A DNA stretch of 64,000 nt from NCBI GenBank assembly GCA_964036045.1, contig OZ038378.1, positions 39,680,001 to 39,744,000 on the forward strand, written 5' to 3'. The stretch's first letter is position 1; the number at the start of each line of letters is the position of its first letter. Origin of the DNA: Eutreptiella sp. 'Long Island Sound 2002'. Lineage: Eukaryota; Protista; Euglenida. Both the position numbers and the translations under genes were made by a program. The notes under the pieces are model-generated. The model made no database searches and was not told the origin of the DNA. It was given only the letters and a program-made list of their open reading frames with translations. Positions 34,760 to 48,116 of the stretch are shown here, piece after piece.

Positions 34760-35300
34760 TCTCTGTGGGGCACGGCGTTGATGCGGCATGTAGTGCAACC
34801 CAAGATTCGCGAACGCAAACTTTGGATGTATAGTAGGTATAGGATCTTGGACCTAGAGAAGCCAAAGGGGAGAGCACCGCAGGGGAAAGGAATAGCGCAG
34901 GTGGTAGCCAAAATGCAACGCACTGGACACTAGAGACGTCAGGAGGAATTGCTGTCCCATCCACCATTGCAGCCCGCTGGCTCAAAAATAGGCTCACTTC
35001 CCTATACAAAGGTGGTGCCCCGGCTCATACTAAAAACTGTAGAGCCATATCCATAGCACCAGCTATCTATGTAGTCCTCACGAAACTAATCTTGGAGAGC
35101 AAAACACTCGCCTCATGGTTTGCCTGGTACCATAGCAACACGGCACCAAGGGGAATGCGGGCACCCAACAAGCCATGTTGCCACGGGACGAGCTGAATCA
35201 TAGGGAAGGAGCCTTTACCCTGTTCATAGACATGGCCAAAGCAATCCGAAGCGTCCCGCATCCTTTACCATTGCATCTGTTGGAACGTAGGAAGCACCCC
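34760..35300 (+). mobile_element. Decayed LINE RT N-terminal part (domains 0-3)
   Basis: WLKNRLTSLYKGGAPAHTKNCRAISIAPAIYVVLTKLIL and FTLFIDMAKAIRSVPH. Confidence 0.7.
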
Positions 35301-35329
35301 TAGTTACAAAGCACCCACTTCATGGACTT

Positions 35330-36500
35330 GGGTAGGTGCCTCGGTAGCCTTGATGGTACATCGTTGATGACTGTTGCCAGCTTGATGTTACAAATCATGT
35401 CCTTTTGAAAGGCATCCAAAGGTGGCGTTGGTGCTTGCACGTGCCTTTGGGTTCCACGAGCTAAGCTTGTGGCCGGCCTCATCGTCCAACTGCGGGTTGC
35501 CACTGCGTGCATGCAGCACCGCCGCTGGCAACTCTTGGAGGCAAACGGATGTCTATCTTGACTATTGGCGCCTTGAAGCACGACCTTAAGTCCTAGTAAA
35601 ACGCCATACACCCCATTGCCACTAAATTCCTAAACCTACACAAGCGCTTGTGCACTGGTTGTTGGGCTTTCCTCCCTATGTAGTCATAATATTTCTTCTT
35701 CTCCTTGATATTGTGGGGTTGTGCCACCATGTCCGCCAATCGCTCACCTTCCGCCTCATCTTGCTTGGTCCTTTTGGTTTTGGTGTCCACATATCTTGCT
35801 ACTTCCTCTTCGACAGCTTGTGCTACTTGCGGCACTTCAGACCGCGGTCAAGCGCCGTACCAACGTTCCATGTGTAGGGTTCCAATGCAAAATCTTCGGG
35901 TGGTGTGGGTGAGGTATTCATTGGGTGAGAGATGTAACCTACAAACCACCATCTCGTGGCATACACCCCCCTCCATGTGGACCACGTGTTATTCTAGAGC
36001 ATAGGTTGGTGTGCCATAACATTTGTCTTAGCACAATGCCGTCAACCTGCCTTCCCAGTGGCCTGGTGCTTGTTTGCTGCCCTTAGAACCAGTGGCAAAG
36101 GGTCCAATAGTGTCCCTGCATGCGGCCTTCTCTCTCGTATGTGCACTCTTTTGGTCAAGGCATCCCACAAATTGTCATTGAAGTCAGCCATAATGACCTA
36201 TTGGTGGCGTCTGGACTCAATCCACCAGTCAAGTTCTTCACGTTGTTATTTGTAGGATGGACCGTGGACGTTGATAATCTCAAAGCCTTTTTCGGCTCGT
36301 AACTCTACATTGACTACAATGCACATGCGTCCTATTGACAACACGAAATCTACATATGGGGCGATTGTATTTTTGACAAGGACACTGACATCTAGAGGCT
36401 TATGTTGCGGGTACAAGATGCGGTACCCCACCAGCACGCCTGCCGGCCCGGCCATATGGTACTAGCACTGGTGGAAATGCAACTTGTGTAGACCCACTAT
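35330..36500 (-). mobile_element. Decayed LINE APE endonuclease plus linker
   Basis: FEIINVHGP and VIMADFNDNLW (GDFN motif, ~36178-36190), followed by a charged helical linker (ORF 35593..35835). Confidence 0.6.
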
Positions 36501-38879
36501 GTCTCCTCCACCTACATTGATTTGACATATCAGCCTGCCCAACCTACTCCAACTGAACGATGGCCCTCCTACGTTGAAAGTTTACAGTGTGAGTGATTCT
36601 CTCATGTTCCATTCTACATCTCCTCCTTTCAACAGGATTTTCAGCATTAGCACGTACCACCATCGTGCCTTGCCATGGTTCTTTGAAACCCTACTCCCTG
36701 TGTCTCGTGTTGTGCCCCTTTTGTTATTCTTATGGTGTGGAGTATATCATGTGTGCTGTGGTGTGGTATCTTCTTTTGGCACTTTGTGGTTGGTGCCCCG
36801 TGCTGCGTGTTCTAGATGAATTGTGCTGCTACTCAAAGTTCGGGACACGAGCTTTCTTCCTATTAGCAAGGGACGTCACTTGTTACGGGGTCTCTTTGGT
36901 ACTTCGTCTATCGCATTGAATGCCTCACATAGGTCGTCAGCTAGATCTTGAGCATGCTGTTCGTCATGTGGTACCAAAGTTTTTGGCGACGACCATGATG
37001 TGTTATCCGACATTGCCTACTTGGACCCATATTGCTCCTCTGTGACGAGCCTCTTTCTCCGGTGTAACGCCTTCTGAGTGATTTTGACCACAGTTGGCTC
37101 TCTCCTCGTCCGTGGTATGAGGCAAGCGCCATCTTGCCTCCCACGGAGATTGCTGCCATCTCACTTTGCGTGCTCTTGGCAGTGCCCTGGCTCCGTGCGT
37201 GCACCGCGGCTATTGCTGCCTCCTTGCCTGCTGCAAGAGGCTAGCTCCGGATCCTTGGTGATACTCCCTACTACGCCAGTTTCTCGTTGATTGGTGTGGT
37301 TGGCGGTGTGGAGGCCAACGGTGCATATGAAATAAATTATATGGTGCATTGTGTGATGCGTTGTGGTTGTCTATGCTGGGGCGTATGTGTGCAAGTGTTG
37401 GTGGATGTTTCAGATGCAGCGCTACTCATTTTGGTCAAAGGGCTGCCCCTCGTATGGTGGGAACTGTCGCCTGAGTCCAGGGAGATAATCTTCTGTCCCG
37501 TCTTCGGCCCGTGTAAATGTTGATGTGGTGGCGCAGATGATGGGCGTATCCGCGAAGCATTGGTGGCGCGCAGAAGCCGGTCTTACTACCAACTTGATCA
37601 GCAGGCATGGGTACGGCCAAGATGGCGAGTGGACGGTTGTTTTATCTGCAAGAAAAACGTTTCCATTCGCAAAGTGTGGTATGCAGTGGTGTCACAACAC
37701 ATCATGGCTCCTACCATTAAAGGTGCCGGAATATTGGCCACAATCAAACATATGCTCAATCCTAGCAAGCTAACAAACATGGTGATAGCGGCTAAATGCT
37801 TCTTGGCCAATCCTTTGAAATCTTTACGAAACTTTGAAACCAAAATGATGTAATGTGCACTTTTCGGACAACGGGTCCACAATTCACTTGTTTGTCGGTT
37901 TTGGCATCTTGTTGCATACAGACGGATACGTGCCTAACGGGGTGCCCCCACTCCAAGGGGTTAGCTCCGCACAAGCTGTACTTAGTGCGAGTATGAGATG
38001 TATAATCTCTCACACCATGCAATACACCAAAAACAAGGATCAAAAACATACATAGGGGCAAGCTCTGACACGTCACAGAATTGATACCTTTTGGATTGTG
38101 CCCAAGCCAAGCAAGCGGCTTGGAAACAGACCTGGGTTACGCACCCTTGCTGTTGTGCCCTCTTATACCGCGGCGGCAAAATTCGGGCTAAAAAATCCTG
38201 GAACGCATCCTCAGTAGTGGATAGGCCACTGACATGAGACGACTGGTTGTCCCCCCAATCCACACTAAACCCCGTAACGACATTAATGTTTGAGGATCCA
38301 GTGGTACCTTGGAAAGCATACCCGTCTCCCTGCTCATCGGTGGTCCTGACCCCTACCACTACAGAACGTTGTAGCGAAGCTGTTCCAGCCTAGGACGAAA
38401 TTGGGTGTTCCAGCGTGTGCCTAGGGCTCGCATGTAGCCATTGCTGGCAACAAGGGGATGATGTTGTGGGCCGAGGACCTAGGCTTGTGGCACCCATAAA
38501 ACAAGGAGACACACGCGGATAGGTGCGTCCTTGATTACAAAGTGTTGCTTAGATTGTCGACAGACCTTCACTCGGAGTGCCCTTGATAGCTGGTGAGTTT
38601 GGCACACCGTCCGTAGTGGCCTAGGCCGGTTCTAGCCTACAACACAAATTGTTCTCGCCTTCACTGATAGAATTGGTAGAATAGAAATAATGAATCACCA
38701 AAGTGGGGGGGAAGGGGGCTGCATGACACATATACTCATACAAACACACTTGACACATGCATAGGCATATGCGCCCACCGCCCCCCTTCACACACACACA
38801 GTTTGGCAAGCGTGGGGAGGTGGTGGGAGAAGGCAAGGAAATCTACACAACCTTCCCCTGATGCCCCCCCCCCTTCCGA

Positions 38880-40310
38880 GTTGCGGTGTGGGGTCTACGA
38901 CTATCTTGCTTGTTGTGCGGCGCTTACGGTCAGGACGGGTATCTCTTTCATTTTTGCAAGTGTCTTTTTGCTGCTACAAATCATTTACCGCTATTACGGA
39001 TTGACACAAAGAGGTAGGTGTGTTATTCCTTCCCTCCTCCTAATTGTGTGTGCATGTGGTGTGGGGCTCCGATGTGCACAGCTCCCCTCCTTCCCACAAT
39101 CCCTCCTTCCCTGCTACCCCTACCCCTAGTTTATGGACTGTGCCCCCCCCCCCCCCGCTGTGCGAGCCTTTCTACGGTGTGTTGTGTCCCTCCTCCTCAT
39201 GAGTTTCGGGAATACCCCCCCCCCTTGTGTGCATTGCAACTTGACTGGTTGGTTGGTTGACTGTTGATTTTTGGGTTGGCTAGTTAGTTGTTGGTTGGTT
39301 GGTTCGTGGGGTGTTCAATTTCGGCTCGCTGGTTGATTGGTTGGATAGTTGGTTGGTTGCGTGGTGGGTTGGTTGCTGGCTAGTTGGTGGGTAGTTAGGG
39401 TTTGTTGGTGAGTTGGGTGGGGCGTATGTGTGTGTGTGTGGCTGTGTGTGTGTGTTGCGTTGACATCCTGCTACATGCTGTGTGGTGTGGCTGCATGGTG
39501 TGTTTGTCTCTGCACATATATGTGCAGCCATTGCAAGCATCTTGGCAGCAGGGGAGGGCAAACATTTAATGGTGGTGTTCCAGCGGCCTGCTAGCGAGGC
39601 GTTGTAGCGGTGATCCAGTGAGCCAAGCATTTGCCGATAGATCTCAGTAGAGCGCTGCTAGAACGCCTTGCTAGAACGCTGCGAGAACGCGACAATTAAA
39701 TGTGTGCACCCTCCCACCCCGCCGAAAGACCCTTGCCATGGCTGCACATACATGTAAACGGACAAAAACACCATGCAACAACACCACACAGCATGCAACC
39801 CGGTGTCTAGGCAGCACGTAGCATGCAACAGCCGACACACACACACACACACACACACAGGCATACAGCCCACCAAACGAACCCTACCCACGAACCAGGC
39901 ACCAACAAACCAACCATCCAAACTCGCCAACCCAGAAACCAACAAACAAATAAACAACCGCCCGCAAGACCAACTGCCAACAAACAAAAATCCACGTGCC
40001 GCTGCACACAGGAAGGGGGGGGGGACCTTGGGAGGAGGGCGGGCAACACACACAACAACTTGAAACACCCTAGCCTCACACAGCCCAGCTCCGGACGGTG
40101 CAAATGTACGCAACCGACGCCAACAGCATGGGCACATGCACAAGGGAGGGAAGAAGGAGTAACACACCTACCTCTTCATGTCAATCAGTAAAACTGAGAA
40201 ATAACGTATAGAAGCAAAAAAAGAAAAAGGCACCTGCAAAAATGAAAAGGATACCGTCACTGGCCATAAGCGGTGCACAACAAGCAAGGTAGCCCCAAAC
40301 CGCACACCCA
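38880..40310. repeat. Long diverged inverted repeat (foldback): arms ~38880-39625 and ~39655-40310
   Basis: Reverse-complement matches include TGCTTGTTGTGC..CGCTTA..G....GGTATC..TTTCATTTTTGCA, GAGGTAGGTGTGTTA.TCCTTC, (TGGT)n/(ACCA)n, (TG)n/(CA)n and ACATTTAAT...GCTAGC.AGGCGTT.TAGC. Central spacer is ~30-40 bp. Confidence 0.85.
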
Positions 40311-42420
40311 GCCCATGTATTTTGCCTCGGTGGCCGCATCCGTCACTGAGCGACACGTGTGTATGACCCTGCCGCATTTTAACAGGAGTTTCATGTTCAG
40401 GTACACCACTTTCAGAATCAGCCAGTCCCCAAAACTCAAGTCCATTAACACCACGTGGTTGGTGTCCACTGAGGTAAAACCCTTTCTCTGCAGCAAGTAA
40501 TCGACTACCCCAGCAAGAACTTCACCGACATCGGCCATCAAGAGAACGACCACCACCTCAAGATGGTTGCCTGCCATGATGATCTTCAGGTCCCCTGCCT
40601 TTCCGAGGCTCATCCTATTCTTGATCCAGGGCTCCGCCTGCACAATGGCATGTGCTTGCTTCACCATTCCCATTTCTAGCAGCTGACGCCAGTCGGTGGG
40701 GTCCAGTTTTGCAGTCGGAGCATACCGCTGCACCCACTGTAGGCGGCGGATCGGCATGAAGCTGGCACTGTCGCGGCCAGACTCATTGTTCCGCTACGCG
40801 ATGGGGGCACTACTTGCGCCTGCTGTGTGTGGGGCAACCCGGGACTTAGTCTAGGACACCGCTGACGCATCCACAGATGCCCAAGATGAGCAGCAACAGG
40901 TCATGTTTGCTGCCGAAAAAACAAAGATACCCAAAAGGCTCTGTGTTGTGCTCCGATAAACGCGCAAACCGGCCACGAAGGTGAGTGAGAGATGCAGGTA
41001 ACTGGGGCATGGTGAAATCAAGACACGGATGGGCAGCATGGGAACACCTCACCCCAGACAGACAGATACGCAATCAAGCAACACAAGGGTAAGCAACAGA
41101 GCAGGAAGGGCAAAAACTGACATGTCCCGTAGTGACTCCGTGCCCCCTCCACGAGGCCGCAGCAAGGCGGGGGTGGCATCCCCGCCATGCCACCTCCCAT
41201 TGCGGGGATGCAGGGGGAGTACAAGTCCCGAGTGGTGCCGGAGTGCCCCTCGTGAAAGTCGGCCTCGCACCAGACAAGTGCCCCTCAACCGGCGAGCAGC
41301 AGATACAGGCCAGCAGCGGGCAAGGTGCCCACACACGGACACGAACGGAGATCGAGGAGGTTACAGACCGGTGTAGCGATCTTGAGCACAGTGTCACCGC
41401 TTGAAGTGCGCAACACTGAATGTAGGCGTGGGCAAAGCTATACTCGACAATGCTGGGAAAAGGAGGTCTCCAACACTATGAATGAGATGCATCTTCCCAC
41501 CTAGCATAACACGCTGTTGAGTAATAGCGTAGTTGGAAGTTGTTACATTGAGGAAAGGCTTGGGAGAGCCCGTGCCGCCCAGGTGGGCACGCCACAAGTC
41601 AGAGGCCCAGTGGCCTCATTGGGGTTTGTTTGTGGCCATGCCGACCACTGCGGCTGCGGGCAATTTGGTTCCGAGGTTTCATACAAGCCACCCGCAGAAT
41701 TAATGGGATAAATCAACTAGACTGGGTCTAAGGGGGTAGCTTGGCGTGCGGCACGGGCGCTCCCCTCCGCAAACTAGTCAAACCAAGCCGAGGGAGGGCA
41801 TGGCAGGCGTGGAGGCCCCCAGGGTCGAAGTGCACTTTTGGTACGAAATGAAAAGGGAACATGGAAATACTTGTTACCACACGTAACTTGTTACCACACA
41901 TATTGCACGTGACATGAGTGTGGGCAAACCGTGGCAACTGGCATGGAGTTTGTTAGTTGACTAGACCATGTAGTTGTGCACAGGCCAACAAGGGAAAAGT
42001 GTAGCTTCCAGCGGTACCTTGTCACCACAGTGAGTTGTTGCAGAGTAATTGCCCCATTCACCGCAGGTAGTACGTGATGTGGGGCCCCGGGCGGAATGTA
42101 CCCTGGTGTGTCCTATCGGTTAGTGGTTGTGTGTCCCTGCGCCCACGGCGTTGTGCGGTGAGGCACGCCCCAAAGTGGGGCCGTCCTCTCACCCGCGCGT
42201 GCGCTGAGCAAGCAGGGAGAGTTTTCCGACCCGGGCCAATGTCCACGTCCACAAATGGGATGCGGGGAGCCGGGAAGTGCCCCGGTAATCCCCCACCTTG
42301 CAAGAGGGGTGACCAACATTTGGGGTGCAGGGCTAACCGCGCGAACAAGTGGTGGGCTCGAGAGATAGCCCGGCGCTCCACGAGTCGCATGCAGTAGTGG
42401 GACCATGTGATTGGCCACGG
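40310..42420 (-). mobile_element. Heavily decayed probable LINE relic (APE end and RT)
   Basis: Weak motifs only: THQGTFRPGPHITYYL (APE C-terminus-like) and VVVLLMADV...RKGFTSV...LKVVYLNM (RT domains 5-7-like). Confidence 0.3.
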
Positions 42421-45400
42421 TTGATCATGGTAGCCGGAGGAGCTTCCCTTTAAAGAGCGGCGGACCTTTTAGTAGGAACGTTTTAGCGATGTTGCATCCA
42501 CACGGTCTCGCAACGTTCTAGCGAACAATGGCAACACTCGCTAGAACATCATTGAAAAATGACCAAAACAATTGTTTTTGCTGTTTGCAAATAAGGGCTA
42601 AAAGTGGTAATTTTGCAAAAGAAAAACGCCTTGGACCTGCCAAGCATGGTACCACGGCTTCAAAGTCGAGCCTTCATACCATGGAACCCCTACACCCATA
42701 AGTAAGGATCACCCAGCTTAATTTGATTCCAGCGCGAGCGGTTTCAGTAGGTTCTGGGCCACATGAAATTGGGTATTCTATTGTGTACCAAGAGCCGCAC
42801 TTGATCCCATCCCCCTACTAGGTTGGAGGAGCCATCAATAAACACCACTATCTAGCCATCCTCATGAGGAGGGTCAATGTCTTCGAGACGTCTCCTTATA
42901 GTCGCCCAGTGGCGTGCAGACTTGAGATATGCCCTATGTGACTCAATCACGGACAAAAGTCACCTCGGGCCATGAGGGTAATGCAAGTGCGCCCCTAACC
43001 AGCTCGTGTCAAGTTAGTGCATGATCTTTAATCGCAATGGCACTCTACAAATCCGCGCGCAAGATAGGGAGATCACAACAACTCAAACCAAAAGCGAGTT
43101 GAGCCAGCCGCTGTGCAACAAAAGTTCGAAAAGAAAAATATTGTTTACCTCATACTCCATGCCACCCAAGTACCCGCCAGCTCCATGTTCACCATGCACG
43201 AGGTTGCCGAGCACCGGGGCGGATGACGGCATCCTTTTGCCAAGCACAAGTAGGGCACCATGTGCACCGTCACGGCCATTCAAACAAAGCATGCGCATTG
43301 CAAGAACTCACCCGCAACGCAGTTGCGCAAATGGATGGGACCCGTCACTAAATGGACAAATGGTCAGCACATCTCCGACAAAGCATAGGACCCCACTCAT
43401 GCCAAAGCAACAACCCCATGCGACTCGGGACGTGCCATGACATCTCGCGTTCACCGACAATAGTTTTATGCCCAAGGCTATAGACTGCATGAAATTTAGC
43501 TGCCGGACTACTCACATCATAGAAGCATGAACTCTCGCCGCCACATCACACAAGGGCAACCCATATCTTTGGAACAACTGCCTTCTCCTAAAAGGTGAGG
43601 GGAAGTGTGGAGAGGTACTTCGCCTCCATACTCATTTTTGCGATCACTTGGAGAGAAGCGTGCATTGGAGAAAGATGATCCGGTTGAACCCAAAGTACCG
43701 CACAAACTCCTTCACATGAAGGCTGGCAATAGAGGACAAAGATGTGTCAACGCTAGCCCTTGCAAGCACGTACGTGTTCAATACGTTAACCGGGTACCGA
43801 GAAAAATGCCTAAAAATTCCGTGAACATGCATGCGCCACCATATGTGGGCTTGTGTACGGCAGCCGCAACCCTCGAACATCAACACAATGTCATCTGCAT
43901 ATAGGACGATTCCTTCGTGGCACTAGGGGCACTAAAGACAACAGAGCAACACAGTGGTGACCACCAAAAAAGACATTAGCAAAAGGTGGTAACCTGGACG
44001 TAAGCCCGAACATGCTATGATGATAACATCCATCTGCAATTCCCCGCCTACTTTCACTAGGAACGCACAGCACATGATGTGGACCAGCAACCCAATGTAG
44101 AGCGCTAACACTTTGTGGTATCCAAACCTGGCTACAATAAAGGGGTGTTGGATCGAGGTGCGGGGCTTTGCAAAATCACGTGCCACGAAAACGCAGTCAC
44201 CGCAAGTATTCTGATAGTTCACCGCCGATGCAGCATGATCAACCATTCGGCACCCAAGCGGGTCCTGTTTTGTGCCGTACGCATCACTTCTTGCAGCAGT
44301 TCTATGACTGGGGCAAAAAGAGCTTCATTAGCCAATTGATGTTGGCGAGTTGAAGCGGCATTGCCCACTACCCCTGCAATGTGTCTGTGGCAATGGACTT
44401 GCGAAGAAACTTTATGTTGTTGCATCTCGCAACAAACCCACGATACCACTTCAAAGAGCGCACACAAAGGTTGATGCATGCGAGCCACAACAAGATGGGC
44501 AAACAACTGTTGAATTGAGGCCGGTACAAAGTCCATCCCGGGAGAGAAATGGGGCATGATTTCAGGAATAGCTAGACGAACAAGTCCCTTCCTGAATGGT
44601 CTCCAAAGCAAGTGGAACACCGCTGCAGCCTTGGGTGGCATCGGCGAAATCTTCGCATACCGGGCACAACCGTGTTCCTAGGCGGCCCTAACCCAGCGCC
44701 CCATTTTTTGGTAGATTTCACAAACACCGTGTTTTTGTAAACCCAAAAAAAAGGGGCATTTTGACATGGCAGCAGTACTTCGGGGAGGGGGGTGTCCCGA
44801 ACTACCTAAAGAACGGGGGAAATGCGTTTTTCGGGCACGGTTAAGCAGGGGTTGGTAGTGCAAGAATAGGCACATGAGACGTCCGACTGGAACCCTTTTC
44901 AACGTTTCCCAGGTATTTTGGAGTGCATGTGTCAAAAACCTCTTTCCCCATTACCACATATCACAAACAATGGCGAACATGTGTCCGTGTTGTTCAACAA
45001 GAAGCTCATCTACACAGCATGTGGGTGGAACAACACAGCATGCTGGGCACACATGGCACCAATACAATATGACAGTACTACTGAGCCATACAACCTCGCA
45101 TCGCGTATAAGGTAGGCTAAAAATTGTAAAACGAAAAAGGAAAGAGAAAAAAAGGAGGGCTCATTTGTCTGGCGGAACCGAATAAAAAAAAAGGCCGAAA
45201 TACTATACTCACACATCTTACAGCTCACTTCTTGCTAGCAGTGCTGGCACGACCAAGCAAGGTGGCCACACCAGCCTTCCGCTTGCCTTATTAGACGTCA
45301 TCCTTTGCCTCCTTTTGTTGCTGGGTGTGCTTCTTCTTCGGCTTCCTATTCTTACCTACCTCCTCTACCTGTGACTATGACTCCATCTCACATTTTCGCT

Positions 45401-46299
45401 TTGCGGAATGTGGTCTTCTTTGGTGGTGTGGATTCCTCCTCCTCCTCTTGAATTAGGTCCCGATCATCGTCATCCTCATCCTGGGGCTTGTGCACAACCA
45501 CAAGCACACCACTCAGCAAGCTGCTGCAACACTCTCTCTACTTGACTACATGAAGGACGCCACTTGCATGCATAGCCTACAGTGTTGCGATATAGTCTTT
45601 CTACTCTACCTTAGGTCCTGTGAACAACACTCCAACACCAACAAGTTCCGGCAGCGCAATCAAGTGAAAAGGGAGACCAAGCAGACAAGTGCAAATTAGA
45701 ATCCAGACCAGGTCACCAGGCACTTCGGAGTTCTCCCCGTCAGGCTAGTTAGGGCAGAGACCAAAACATTTCAAAACACCAAGCAAGCCAACCCTCGTTG
45801 GCGGCTTCACGGCACCCTTGTCAACATTCAAGTAATTAGCCATCTTCACAAGGACCTTTTCCGGAAACCCGACAACACCTTGAATTCCTTTCCATTTATA
45901 GTGAGCATGTGTACTGCCTGAGTCATACATGATGATCGTTAGCCACTTCCAACCACCAACCCGTTGTTGTGGCCTCTTTCGCGATTAAGCTCAAGCTGGT
46001 TGTTTCCTCTGGGGTAGTATCTCAGCAGGAACCGATTTGCGAAAAACCTCTATCACACGAGCACACAGATGTGCCCGATCTAGGGGGTATTTGGAAAAAT
46101 GCGTGTTCAAATAACTCACACTATCTTCAGACAGCTTCACTGGTCCGGTGAGAGTACACAAGGTACCCGTTAGCATGTTGGTGCACACGGTATAGGGAAG
46201 GGGGGTTCTGAGGGCCATAGGGTAGACAACATCTGCTGGCCATGCAGCACTACTAGTCACTGTCTTACCGAGGTCCCAGATGACAGCGGGTATTGTATC

Positions 46300-48116
46300 T
46301 GTCAACAAACTTCCCACAACCTCATGTACATTCCCATCGACATATTAATGCAAGCCCCGCTGAATGCAACTATCATGCAAATTTTTCTAATTGGAAAAGG
46401 CAGCTTCCAAAACAAGGAGAAAATAACATGCACTGTCCAGCGAGTTGCATTGGGGATTGGCGCGCACAGTAGCAAAAATCGTTGCCAACAATTCCTCAAA
46501 ACTTTCCTCAACGTTACATCGCCCACGTACGTTATCATAACACTTGTCCCATACCAGCAGAGTAGTTCCTAGTGTCTGCAACTACTCAATGTTGCTTCGA
46601 AACTCATACACCAAGTGTGTCAGAGTTACATAGGAATACCATAACACCTTGTAAGCAACCTCTCCGGAACTGGCGGACTAGCCGCACCAACGTACCAGGT
46701 GCCCCATGAGGAATAGTGCCAGTGTACATTCAAAGAGGAGGGTATACACAGCGTGTGCCTGACCCAGTAGCCGACCGGCATTTGAGGATGCCTAGATAGG
46801 GAGACGACACCTATCACATAGCAACCCCAGCGTGTGTTGTATCCCGATCTTATATTTGGAGGCGGAAACAAACAAACATGCGAACACACGCTCCATATAG
46901 ATCAGCTTGGGGAATGCATACAGCGGGACATCGGCTACCTAAAGACCATGGCTAAATGTCACCATGAATGGGAAAAAAGGCGGTATGTGACAGTAAGGGT
47001 GTACTTATATGGGTGCCACATACCGTACGCCGGGGGGGTTCGACAAAGCTTGTGACCCACATTGTACTCCTGGTATGAGACAACATATATGGTCTTCATG
47101 ATACTATGGTGTATCTTTTCATCGATGAGTATCGGGAGCACACAGGAAGTGTGGTTGTGTATTTCAGATACAGCTAATACCAGTCCAAGCAGATCTGACT
47201 GAGATTTTGCCTGAAATTCTGAAAGCATGAAGGCATGCCATTAGGTGCTGTGCACAACCGTTCGTCGAACATCCAACGGACAACGTTTGTATTGGGGGAG
47301 GTATCTCATCTTCTAAAAGGTCACGCAGTCTCGACGGGAACACCGACTGAGTTGTAGTGAACAACTTGCCGACATCGGCAGTAGCAGCTTGTGGTGTGGC
47401 AAGGCATGGAAGACCCCCACAAAAACTCAGCTGCCTTGCTAACAGGAGCTATAGCAATTGCCGTACAATTAAGTGATGTGTTTGACTCATGCGGGGTGGG
47501 GTGGAACCAGGGACGATAGAACTTATCCAACCATGAAACAAATATAGTGCCTTTTGTACAAGCCCACAAAGCCGCGGCACAACCCCATGCCCCAGTTGCA
47601 AGAGAAGGTGCACGTGGGGCACATAAACCGGCGTGCTAGCTTGCGTCGAACACCCCGAGCGGGAGCAACTTCCTTGTCGTGACGAAACAGGCCAGCAAGA
47701 GGACGACAATGTAACAACATCACACGGTACAAATTATAAGCCTCGTGAGCTCCTGGAACAAACCGCCTAGCTGTGCGCTTGCTACTGCGCAGCAACTTAA
47801 GTCGCCTACGAAACATCTTTATTATAGGGCGGGTAGTTCTGTTTAAACGAAGTGCAAAAGCAAAGGAAAGAAACTCCACCGGCTGACCCCCAGACCCAAT
47901 AGCATCTAGAACATCATCCTTGGTCCCGTATATGTTGCCAACCTGAAAGGCGACAAACGGCGTTGCATCCATAATGTCACCACGACGCCATACTTGAGCA
48001 GCACACAGGCATAGAAAGGGGCTTGATCTACAAGTAAGTAAGCACATGGAGAATGACAATGTGATATTGTTGAAGATAGATACCTTACCAACGTCCATAG
48101 CCCAGCGCATAGCCAA
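46300..48116 (-). pseudogene. Decayed large transposase-like gene (DUF6589-like motifs)
   Basis: FVSWLDKFYR...SLNCTAIAI; PILIDEKIHHSIMK...YGMWHPYKY...YRLF; EESFEELLATIFATVRANP, in order across frameshifted ORFs. Family assignment is inference. Confidence 0.4.

Noticed and set aside
39280-40191. Multiple ORFs of 96-169 aa
   Set aside because: Translations of microsatellite-rich foldback arms.
43127-43140. Second SL relic (TATTTTTCTTTTCG on the minus strand)
   Set aside because: Only the T-rich 3' part matches; the diagnostic TTTCTGAGTGTC is absent.
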